From the NCBI GenBank assembly GCA_043228905.1, contig JBHGNT010000011.1, positions 8,494,001 through 8,558,000 of the forward strand: a stretch of DNA of 64,000 nt, read 5' to 3'. Positions 11,373 to 21,547 of this stretch are shown here, one piece after another. The notes below the pieces were generated by a model. It had not been told where the DNA came from. It saw only the letters and a program-made list of their open reading frames with translations, and did no database searches. This DNA comes from Azolla caroliniana. Its lineage: Eukaryota; Plantae; Polypodiophyta. A program made the translations under genes and the position numbers. Numbering within the stretch: the first letter of the stretch is position 1; each line of letters opens with the position of its first letter.

Positions 11373-11986
11373 TGTTGGGATTACGATCCCTTCGGATGGG
11401 ATGGTCGGATGTCGGAGATGAATGCCGACGAGCCCGGTTTCGGTTTCGGATCCGGATGTTGAAGACCCCGGCTTCGGTGCCGGATGACGAATGTACCCGG
11501 AGAGCGATCTGGATGCAGGGACATATCCGTGAATATGTCCGCTAAGGGCCCCTGAGGCTATAGTTGTAAATATCCCCAAAGTCATATATGTATAAATATG
11601 ACTTAGGGCAAATAGTTTTGTTGTTGCTAATCATTTTTCTGTTTTTCCACTCAAGAGGAGTGAAGAGGGAGCAGCCGTGAGAGAGAGAGAGAGAGAGATA
11701 GAGCGTGAGAGAGGAAGAGGACTACGCCTCTGTGTATTTCCGCCGCCTGTGGCGAGGACAGCGAGCTCAAGGTCGTCGCCTTGCAGCTCGCCATTGTGTA
11801 CTTCTCTTTGTATAGCGTTGGTTTGGAGTCTCGTACTCCCGTGGTTTTTCCCATCTAGGGCTTTCCACGTTAATCCCTGTGTATACGTTTGTTTCTCTCT
11901 TTGGTTCCTATTTTCTGCTGCATTGATCCGCGATTACTCGGTTGTGGCCGAGTGGTGAAGGTCAATCGAAGCGTCGATTCACAACA
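11373..11986 (+). repeat. 5' LTR of element D
   Basis: TGTTGGG...CACAACA; one difference seen from the other copies (T11573 vs G). Confidence 0.95.
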
Positions 11987-11989
11987 AAC

Positions 11990-12001
11990 TGGTATCAGAG
12001 C
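11990..12001 (+). promoter_or_regulatory. Primer-binding site, initiator tRNA-Met (element D)
   Basis: TGGTATCAGAGC 3 nt after the LTR. Confidence 0.95.
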
Positions 12002-12016
12002 GAACTGCTGCTGAAA

Positions 12017-15000
12017 ATGGAAGGCGGCGGCAGCGGGCAACCGGGGATGATGGTGCTGAATGCGCAGAATTACGCCGACTGGAAGATCAAGATGGAGGAT
12101 CTTCTGATTGTTCGGGACCTGTACGAACCGATTGACAGGTCGGAAATACCGAAGGGGGTACTTGAGTCGGAGTGGAAGCTCCTGAACCGGAAAGCCGTAG
12201 CGACGATCCGACAATATGTCGATGTAAGCGTCCTACAACATGTGGCGAACGACACCAACGCATATGAGATGTGGAAGAAGCTGTCGGGCCTCTACGAGAG
12301 GAAAAATGCGTTGAACCGGACCTCCCTGATGAGGAAGATAGTGAATCTCAAGTACCGGGACGGCGAGAGTATGGTGGAACACGTAAGCACGTTCATGGGA
12401 TTCGTGAATCAGCTTGCGGCGATCAAGTTCCCGTTGGAGGATGCAATGCAAGCCATCATCCTGATGTGTACATTGCCGGAAAGCTGGGAGAACTTGGTGG
12501 TGACTCTCAGCACCTCCTGCACAGAAGATAACTTGTCCTTGCAAACGGTAAAGACAAGTATTTTGAACGAAGAAGCGCGTCGGAGAGATAAAGAACCGGC
12601 CTCCGACCCGAAGGCGCTGCTTACCGAATCGGATCGGGGAAGACAATGGAACCGGAGTCCGCAAAGACGGGAGAAGTCGGGGACCCGGTCGCAGTCAAGA
12701 GGAAGGCCCACATGCTTCCACTGTGGGAAACCGGGGCACTTCCGAAAGAATTGTCGGCATTACCGAAAAGACAACGGAGCCAACGACACCGATTCGAAGA
12801 AGTCACCGGAGAGAAACGGTGCATACCGGGGAGCCACGGACCGGAGAGGTTCGGATCGGCGAGGGCAGGACCGGAAAGGAACGACGGCACTCGCGGCAAG
12901 TGAGGAAAAAATCATGCTCATCACCGAAGAAGGTGAACTAAACATTGCCGGCGATGAGACGACCTGGGTGGTCGATTCCGGAGCATCGTTCCACCTGACC
13001 CCGGAGAGAAGATACTTCTCATCCTACACAGCCGGTGAGCATGGCTGTGTTCGGATGGGAAATGAAGGTACGTGCCGGATTGCCGGCATAGGAGACGTGT
13101 GGTTGACAACCCCGACCGGATGCAAAATGCTGCTGAAGGATGTCCGACACGTTCCGGAGGTCCGATTGAACCTGATTTCGGCCGGGAGGCTAGACGATGA
13201 AGGCTACGCAGGTAGCATCCGGAACGGCGTAATGAAGTTCAGCAAGGGGAGCCTGATAGTGGCTCGGGCCCGGAAAGACAACACACTGTACCTGATGAAT
13301 GCCCGGTTATGTCCGGAAGAACTGAATGTGGCAGCCGACACTGCCGGTGAGCTGTGGCACAAAAGACTGTGCCACATGAGTGAGAAGGGGATGAAGAGGC
13401 TTGCAGAAGACAACCTTATCCCAGTGAAGCATGTGCACCTGGAGAAGTGCACCGATTGCCTGGCCGGTAAGCAGAACCGAACCTCCTTCCACTCAAGGCC
13501 ACCGACGAGACGTAGCGCACCATTGGAGTTGGTGCACACTGATGTGTGTCAGGTAGAAACGAAGTCACATGGCGGAGCCCAGTACTTCGTAACATTCATC
13601 GATGATCATAGCCGAAAACTGTGGACGGCACCGATGAAGACAAAGGACCAAGTGTTGTGCGTCTTCAAAGAACTCCACGCGAGAGTGGAAAGGGAATCCA
13701 GCAAGAAGCTGAAAGCGATACGAGCGGATAACGGAGGGGAATACCGGGGGCAGTTCCAGGAGTATTGTCGCTCGAAGGGAATCCGACTCGAGTTTACTGT
13801 GCCGAAGATGCCGGAACTGAACGGGCTGGCCGAGAGGATGAACCGGACCATAATGGAGAGGGTCCGGAGTATGCTGGCGCATGCGAAATTACCCAAGGGA
13901 TTCTGGGCTGAGGCAATGTCGACGGCGACATATGTGATAAACAGATCACCCTCAGTACCTTTGGACAGAGACACGCCGCAGAGAGTGTGGACCGGTAGGG
14001 AAGTATCCTACCGGCATCTGAAGGTGTTCGGGTGTCTCGTATACGTGCATGTGGCAAAGGACCGGAGAGGAAAGCTAGATCCAAAGACCCGGCCATGCAT
14101 ATTCCTCGGTTACGGCGACGACGAGTTCGGCTACCGAGTATGGGACCCGGTTGACAAGAAGATATTCCGGAGTCGTGATATCATCTTCATGGAGAACAAG
14201 ACACTCGCCGACTGGGAGTCGGAGAAGAAGATGAAGAGCTCCAAGTCGACCGGTGAGGATCAACTCTACGAGGAGCAGTCCCGACCGGCAAGGGACCGGT
14301 TAGCACTCGAGGATCCGGCCGAAGACGGTGAAGAAACAGAACCGGCCGAAGAAGATGAAAATGATACCGGAACCGGCCCCGATCCCGAAATGGATTCGGA
14401 TGAAGAAGAAGAATCGGAAGAACCGATTACCGAAGCTCCCGAACGGAGATATCCTCTAAGAGAGAGGAGGGCCCCCCGGAGATTTCCGGATCCAGAGCAC
14501 GTGCTGCTAACCGACGAGGGGGAGCCGGAGAGCTTTGAAGAAGCAAAGCACGACACCCAGAGCCGCAGGTGGTTGAGTGCCATGCAGGACGAGATGGATT
14601 CCCTGCATGAGAACCACACATATGAACTTGTGGAGTTGCCGAAAGGAAAGCGGGCACTTCGAAACAAGTGGGTGTTCAAGCTGAAACCGGGAGATGCCGG
14701 AAACCCCCCGAGATACAAAGCCAGGATCGTGGTGAAGGGGTTTCAGCAGAAGAAGGGCGTCGACTTCGACGAGATATTTGCCCCGGTAGTGAAGATGACC
14801 TCCATCCGGACGGTGCTGAGCATAGCGGCAAGCATGGACCTCGAGGTAGAACAGATGGACGTGAAGACGGCATTCCTTCACGGTGACCTCGATGAAGAGA
14901 TCTACATGCAGCAACCGGAAGGATTCGAGAAGAAAGGGAAGGAGCACCTGGTATGCCGGTTGAAGAAGAGCCTTTACGGACTGAAGCAGGCTCCCCGACA

Positions 15001-16093
15001 ATGGTACCGGAAATTCGACTCCTTCATGACCGACGAAGGGTACCTCAAAACGCAGTCCGACCACTGCGTGTTTGTGAAGAAGTTCGAAGGAGGAGACTTC
15101 CTAATACTCCTCCTGTACGTGGACGACATGTTGATCGTCGGACGGGACCAGGTCAAGATACGGATGCTGAAGAAGGCTCTTCACCGAACCTTCTCAATGA
15201 AGGACTTGGGTCCGGCGAGGCAAATACTAGGGATGCACATCATCCGGGACCGGAAGAAGAAGCAGTTGTGGCTGTCACAGGAGAAGTACGTGACGAAGGT
15301 GCTTCACCGGTTCAACATGTCGGAAGCAAGACCGGTCGGATCGACCCTCCCGGCAAACTGCAAGCTGTCCAACAAGCAAAGTCCCAAGACAAAGGCTGAA
15401 AAGGAGGATATGATGAAAGTGCCATATGCCTCAGCCGTCGGGAGCTTGATGTACGCCATGGTGTGTACGAGACCGGACATCGGATATGCAGTCGGAGTGG
15501 TGAGCCGGTACATGAGAAATCCCGGCAAAGAGCATTGGAACGCGGCCAAGTGGATACTCCGATACCTGAAGGGCACGGCAAACGTGTGCCTCCGATTCGG
15601 CTCCGGTAAGCCCGAACTCGACGGCTTTACCGATTCGGATATGTCGGCTGATGCAGATACCAACCGGTCCACATTAGGGTATGTGATGACGTATGCAGGG
15701 GGAGCTGTTTCATGGCAGTCGAGGCTGCAGAAGACGGTTGCGTTGTCAACTACGGAGGCGGAGTACATGGCGGCTGTTGAAGCCGGCAAGGAAGTAATAT
15801 GGATGAAGGACTTCATTAGAGAGCTCGGTATCCGGCAGGAGGAGTACCGACTCCACTGTGACAGTCAGAGTGCAATCCACCTTGCGAAGAACGCGGCCTA
15901 TCACTCCCGGACGAAGCACATCCAGCGAAGATATCACTGGATCCGGGAAAGGATAGAAGACAAGGAGTTCGTGCTGACAAAGATCCACACGGACGAGAAC
16001 GGGTCGGATATGCTGACCAAGGTCCTCACACCCGACAAGCTGGAAGCATGCCGGAAGAGGATCGGATTGGAAAGACATCCCATGCCGAAGTGA
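12017..16093 (+). CDS. Copia Gag-Pol polyprotein (1358 aa), uninterrupted
   Basis: CFHCGKPGHFRKNC knuckle, VVDSGAS protease, HKRLCH/CTDC and DDE integrase, GKLDPK, YVDD RT, DSD...TEAEY RNase H; first ATG after the PBS. Confidence 0.96.
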   Translation: MEGGGSGQPGMMVLNAQNYADWKIKMEDLLIVRDLYEPIDRSEIPKGVLESEWKLLNRKAVATIRQYVDVSVLQHVANDTNAYEMWKKLSGLYERKNALNRTSLMRKIVNLKYRDGESMVEHVSTFMGFVNQLAAIKFPLEDAMQAIILMCTLPESWENLVVTLSTSCTEDNLSLQTVKTSILNEEARRRDKEPASDPKALLTESDRGRQWNRSPQRREKSGTRSQSRGRPTCFHCGKPGHFRKNCRHYRKDNGANDTDSKKSPERNGAYRGATDRRGSDRRGQDRKGTTALAASEEKIMLITEEGELNIAGDETTWVVDSGASFHLTPERRYFSSYTAGEHGCVRMGNEGTCRIAGIGDVWLTTPTGCKMLLKDVRHVPEVRLNLISAGRLDDEGYAGSIRNGVMKFSKGSLIVARARKDNTLYLMNARLCPEELNVAADTAGELWHKRLCHMSEKGMKRLAEDNLIPVKHVHLEKCTDCLAGKQNRTSFHSRPPTRRSAPLELVHTDVCQVETKSHGGAQYFVTFIDDHSRKLWTAPMKTKDQVLCVFKELHARVERESSKKLKAIRADNGGEYRGQFQEYCRSKGIRLEFTVPKMPELNGLAERMNRTIMERVRSMLAHAKLPKGFWAEAMSTATYVINRSPSVPLDRDTPQRVWTGREVSYRHLKVFGCLVYVHVAKDRRGKLDPKTRPCIFLGYGDDEFGYRVWDPVDKKIFRSRDIIFMENKTLADWESEKKMKSSKSTGEDQLYEEQSRPARDRLALEDPAEDGEETEPAEEDENDTGTGPDPEMDSDEEEESEEPITEAPERRYPLRERRAPRRFPDPEHVLLTDEGEPESFEEAKHDTQSRRWLSAMQDEMDSLHENHTYELVELPKGKRALRNKWVFKLKPGDAGNPPRYKARIVVKGFQQKKGVDFDEIFAPVVKMTSIRTVLSIAASMDLEVEQMDVKTAFLHGDLDEEIYMQQPEGFEKKGKEHLVCRLKKSLYGLKQAPRQWYRKFDSFMTDEGYLKTQSDHCVFVKKFEGGDFLILLLYVDDMLIVGRDQVKIRMLKKALHRTFSMKDLGPARQILGMHIIRDRKKKQLWLSQEKYVTKVLHRFNMSEARPVGSTLPANCKLSNKQSPKTKAEKEDMMKVPYASAVGSLMYAMVCTRPDIGYAVGVVSRYMRNPGKEHWNAAKWILRYLKGTANVCLRFGSGKPELDGFTDSDMSADADTNRSTLGYVMTYAGGAVSWQSRLQKTVALSTTEAEYMAAVEAGKEVIWMKDFIRELGIRQEEYRLHCDSQSAIHLAKNAAYHSRTKHIQRRYHWIRERIEDKEFVLTKIHTDENGSDMLTKVLTPDKLEACRKRIGLERHPMPK

Positions 16094-16103
16094 AGGGGGA
16101 GTT

Positions 16104-16717
16104 TGTTGGGATTACGATCCCTTCGGATGGGATGGTCGGATGTCGGAGATGAATGCCGACGAGCCCGGTTTCGGTTTCGGATCCGGATGTTGAAGACCCC
16201 GGCTTCGGTGCCGGATGACGAATGTACCCGGAGAGCGATCTGGATGCAGGGACATATCCGTGAATATGTCCGCTAAGGGCCCCTGAGGCTATAGTTGTAA
16301 ATAGCCCCAAAGTCATATATGTATAAATATGACTTAGGGCAAATAGTTTTGTTGTTGCTAATCATTTTTCTGTTTTTCCACTCAAGAGGAGTGAAGAGGG
16401 AGCAGCCGTGAGAGAGAGAGAGAGAGAGATAGAGCGTGAGAGAGGAAGAGGACTACGCCTCTGTGTATTTCCGCCGCCTGTGGCGAGGACAGCGAGCTCA
16501 AGGTCGTCGCCTTGCAGCTCGCCATTGTGTACTTCTCTTTGTATAGCGTTGGTTTGGAGTCTCGTACTCCCGTGGTTTTTCCCATCTAGGGCTTTCCACG
16601 TTAATCCCTGTGTATACGTTTGTTTCTCTCTTTGGTTCCTATTTTCTGCTGCATTGATCCGCGATTACTCGGTTGTGGCCGAGTGGTGAAGGTCAATCGA
16701 AGCGTCGATTCACAACA
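16104..16717 (+). repeat. LTR copy 2 of element D (follows PPT)
   Basis: Direct repeat of 11373-11986. Confidence 0.95.
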
Positions 16718-19700
16718 AACTGGTATTACATGTAGAGCTCAACTTGCTCTTGTCAGTCTTCTGGTCTCTCACTCTCTCTCAGAGTTCTCTACTCACTATA
16801 CTCTGTTTTTTCTTACTGCTTACTTCCTATTTACTCTCACTTACTTTTACCTAAGTCATAAGTTATTACACATGCAGCTAATTAGCTGCCAATAGCTAAT
16901 TAGCTGTCAGTCGCTAAATAGCTGTCAGTAGCTAATTAGCTGTCAGTAGCTAATTAGCTGTTTCTCCTTTATGTTCATTAGTAGCTAAATAGCTACTATA
17001 GCTTATTTCTCATAAGCATCACATACCATGTTGAGCTTGCTTCTCAACACTCCCCCTCAAGCTCAACTTATTCTTGCTTGAGGTTCTCTTCAATCTTCTT
17101 TTCCATTTTGCTTTTTAGCCATCTCATCAATGTTTACAACTCCCATCATGTTCCGAAACTGTGTATGTTTTTCCACACTCAATCCCTTCGTAAGGATATC
17201 AGCAACCTGCTGATTTGTATTCACATACACCAGATCAACTTCACCTTCCATCACTTTTTCTCTAACAAAGTGATAATGCACCTCAATGTGCTTTGTTCTT
17301 GCATGGAACACTGGGTTCTTTGCAAGCTGAATGCTGCTCATATTGTCACACCAGATTGTGACAGCACCATCTATATATACTCCCAGATCAGCAAGCAGTC
17401 TTCTGATCCATACTTCTTCACATGTGGCTATTGCAGCCCCTCTATACTCAGCTTCTGTACTGGACAATGCAACAGTAGCCTGTTTCTTGCTACTCCATGA
17501 AATTCCTGCACTTCCCAAGGTAAACATGTATCCACTTGTGGATCTCCTGTCTGTTTGGCTTCCAGCCCAATCAGCATCTGTATATCCTTCCAGATTTATG
17601 TCTAGATCAGCCCTGTAAAATAGTCCAAAGTTCTGAGTTGCTTTTACATACCTCAGAATCCTTCTGATGCAGTCCAAATGTGGCTTTGTTGGCTGTTGCA
17701 TAAACTGGCTGACTGTTGGGATTACGATCCCTTCGGATGGGATGGTCGGATGTCGGAGATGAATGCCGACGAGCCCGGTTTCGGTTTCGGATCCGGATGT
17801 TGAAGACCCCGGCTTCGGTGCCGGATGACGAATGTACCCGGAGAGCGATCTGGATGCAGGGACATATCCGTGAATATGTCCGCTAAGGGCCCCTGAGGCT
17901 ATAGTTGTAAATAGCCCCAAAGTCATATATGTATAAATATGACTTAGGGCAAATAGTTTTGTTGTTGCTAATCATTTTTCTGTTTTTCCACTCAAGAGGA
18001 GTGAAGAGGGAGCAGCCGTGAGAGAGAGAGAGAGAGAGATAGAGCGTGAGAGAGGAAGAGGACTACGCCTCTGTGTATTTCCGCCGCCTGTGGCGAGGAC
18101 AGCGAGCTCAAGGTCGTCGCCTTGCAGCTCGCCATTGTGTACTTCTCTTTGTATAGCGTTGGTTTGGAGTCTCGTACTCCCGTGGTTTTTCCCATCTAGG
18201 GCTTTCCACGTTAATCCCTGTGTATACGTTTGTTTCTCTCTTTGGTTCCTATTTTCTGCTGCATTGATCCGCGATTACTCGGTTGTGGCCGAGTGGTGAA
18301 GGTCAATCGAAGCGTCGATTCACAACAAACTGGTATTACATGTAGAGCTCAACTTGCTCTTGTCAGTCTTCTGGTCTCTCACTCTCTCTCAGAGTTCTCT
18401 ACTCACTATACTCTGTTTTTTCTTACTGCTTACTTCCTATTTACTCTCACTTACTTTTACCTAAGTCATAAGTTATTACACATGCAGCTAATTAGCTGCC
18501 AATAGCTAATTAGCTGTCAGTCGCTAAATAGCTGTCAGTAGCTAATTAGCTGTCAGTAGCTAATTAGCTGTTTCTCCTTTATGTTCACTAGTAGCTAAAT
18601 AGCTACTATAGCTTATTTCTCATAAGCATCACATACCATGTTGAGCTTGCTTCTCAACACTCCCCCTCAAGCTCAACTTATTCTTGCTTGAGGTTCTCTT
18701 CAATCTTCTTTTCCATTTTGCTTTTTAGCCATCTCATCAATGTTTACAACTCCCATCATGTTCCGAAACTGTGTATGTTTTTCCACACTCAATCCCTTCG
18801 TAAGGATATCAGCAACCTGCTGATTTGTATTCACATACACCAGATCAACTTCACCTTCCATCACTTTTTCTCTAACAAAGTGATAATGCACCTCAATGTG
18901 CTTTGTTCTTGCATGGAACACTGGGTTCTTTGCAAGCTGAATGCTGCTCATATTGTCACACCAGATTGTGACAGCACCATCTATATATACTCCCAGATCA
19001 GCAAGCAGTCTTCTGATCCATACTTCTTCACATGTGGCTATTGCAGCCCCTCTATACTCAGCTTCTGTACTGGACAATGCAACAGTAGCCTGTTTCTTGC
19101 TACTCCATGAAATTCCTGCACTTCCCAAGGTAAACATGTATCCACTTGTGGATCTCCTGTCTGTTTGGCTTCCAGCCCAATCAGCATCTGTATATCCTTC
19201 CAGATTTATGTCTAGATCAGCCCTGTAAAATAGTCCAAAGTTCTGAGTTGCTTTTACATACCTCAGAATCCTTCTGATGCAGTCCAAATGTGGCTTTGTT
19301 GGCTGTTGCATAAACTGGCTGACTGTTGGGATTACGATCCCTTCGGATGGGATGGTCGGATGTCGGAGATGAATGCCGACGAGCCCGGTTTCGGTTTCGG
19401 ATCCGGATGTTGAAGACCCCGGCTTCGGTGCCGGATGACGAATGTACCCGGAGAGCGATCTGGATGCAGGGACATATCCGTGAATATGTCCGCTAAGGGC
19501 CCCTGAGGCTATAGTTGTAAATAGCCCCAAAGTCATATATGTATAAATATGACTTAGGGCAAATAGTTTTGTTGTTGCTAATCATTTTTCTGTTTTTCCA
19601 CTCAAGAGGAGTGAAGAGGGAGCAGCCGTGAGAGAGAGAGAGAGAGAGATAGAGCGTGAGAGAGGAAGAGGACTACGCCTCTGTGTATTTCCGCCGCCTG

Positions 19701-21547
19701 TGGCGAGGACAGCGAGCTCAAGGTCGTCGCCTTGCAGCTCGCCATTGTGTACTTCTCTTTGTATAGCGTTGGTTTGGAGTCTCGTACTCCCGTGGTTTTT
19801 CCCATCTAGGGCTTTCCACGTTAATCCCTGTGTATACGTTTGTTTCTCTCTTTGGTTCCTATTTTCTGCTGCATTGATCCGCGATTACTCGGTTGTGGCC
19901 GAGTGGTGAAGGTCAATCGAAGCGTCGATTCACAACAAACTGGTATTACATGTAGAGCTCAACTTGCTCTTGTCAGTCTTCTGGTCTCTCACTCTCTCTC
20001 AGAGTTCTCTACTCACTATACTCTGTTTTTTCTTACTGCTTACTTCCTATTTACTCTCACTTACTTTTACCTAAGTCATAAGTTATTACACATGCAGCTA
20101 ATTAGCTGCCAATAGCTAATTAGCTGTCAGTCGCTAAATAGCTGTCAGTAGCTAATTAGCTGTCAGTAGCTAATTAGCTGTTTCTCCTTTATGTTCACTA
20201 GTAGCTAAATAGCTACTATAGCTTATTTCTCATAAGCATCACATACCATGTTGAGCTTGCTTCTCAACACTCCCCCTCAAGCTCAACTTATTCTTGCTTG
20301 AGGTTCTCTTCAATCTTCTTTTCCATTTTGCTTTTTAGCCATCTCATCAATGTTTACAACTCCCATCATGTTCCGAAACTGTGTATGTTTTTCCACACTC
20401 AATCCCTTCGTAAGGATATCAGCAACCTGCTGATTTGTATTCACATACACCAGATCAACTTCACCTTCCATCACTTTTTCTCTAACAAAGTGATAATGCA
20501 CCTCAATGTGCTTTGTTCTTGCATGGAACACTGGGTTCTTTGCAAGCTGAATGCTGCTCATATTGTCACACCAGATTGTGACAGCACCATCTATATATAC
20601 TCCCAGATCAGCAAGCAGTCTTCTGATCCATACTTCTTCACATGTGGCTATTGCAGCCCCTCTATACTCAGCTTCTGTACTGGACAATGCAACAGTAGCC
20701 TGTTTCTTGCTACTCCATGAAATTCCTGCACTTCCCAAGGTAAACATGTATCCACTTGTGGATCTCCTGTCTGTTTGGCTTCCAGCCCAATCAGCATCTG
20801 TATATCCTTCCAGATTTATGTCTAGATCAGCCCTGTAAAATAGTCCAAAGTTCTGAGTTGCTTTTACATACCTCAGAATCCTTCTGATGCAGTCCAAATG
20901 TGGCTTTGTTGGCTGTTGCATAAACTGGCTGACTGTTGGGATTACGATCCCTTCGGATGGGATGGTCGGATGTCGGAGATGAATGCCGACGAGCCCGGTT
21001 TCGGTTTCGGATCCGGATGTTGAAGACCCCGGCTTCGGTGCCGGATGACGAATGTACCCGGAGAGCGATCTGGATGCAGGGACATATCCGTGAATATGTC
21101 CGCTAAGGGCCCCTGAGGCTATAGTTGTAAATAGCCCCAAAGTCATATATGTATAAATATGACTTAGGGCAAATAGTTTTGTTGTTGCTAATCATTTTTC
21201 TGTTTTTCCACTCAAGAGGAGTGAAGAGGGAGCAGCCGTGAGAGAGAGAGAGAGAGAGATAGAGCGTGAGAGAGGAAGAGGACTACGCCTCTGTGTATTT
21301 CCGCCGCCTGTGGCGAGGACAGCGAGCTCAAGGTCGTCGCCTTGCAGCTCGCCATTGTGTACTTCTCTTTGTATAGCGTTGGTTTGGAGTCTCGTACTCC
21401 CGTGGTTTTTCCCATCTAGGGCTTTCCACGTTAATCCCTGTGTATACGTTTGTTTCTCTCTTTGGTTCCTATTTTCTGCTGCATTGATCCGCGATTACTC
21501 GGTTGTGGCCGAGTGGTGAAGGTCAATCGAAGCGTCGATTCACAACA
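16718..21547 (+). repeat. Three tandem 1610-bp units (AACTGG stub + copy of 10383-11372 + D LTR)
   Basis: Exact 1610-bp period in the sequence and the ORF track; units 16718-18327, 18328-19937, 19938-21547. Confidence 0.96.

Larger units (their letters stand above)
11373..21547 (+). mobile_element. Element D: intact Ty1/Copia (Tnt1/Tork-like) with a tandem array of extra LTRs at its 3' end
   Basis: TSD CTGAC (11368-11372, 21548-21552); 614-bp LTRs starting at 11373, 16104, 17714, 19324, 20934; PBS 11990-12001; PPT GAAGGGGGAG before 16104. Confidence 0.96.

Noticed and set aside
16104-21547. LTR-spacer-LTR units as a TRIM or a CRISPR-like array
   Set aside because: Spacers are identical copies of flanking DNA, the PBS is a 6-nt stub and there is no PPT in the D orientation; no cas genes
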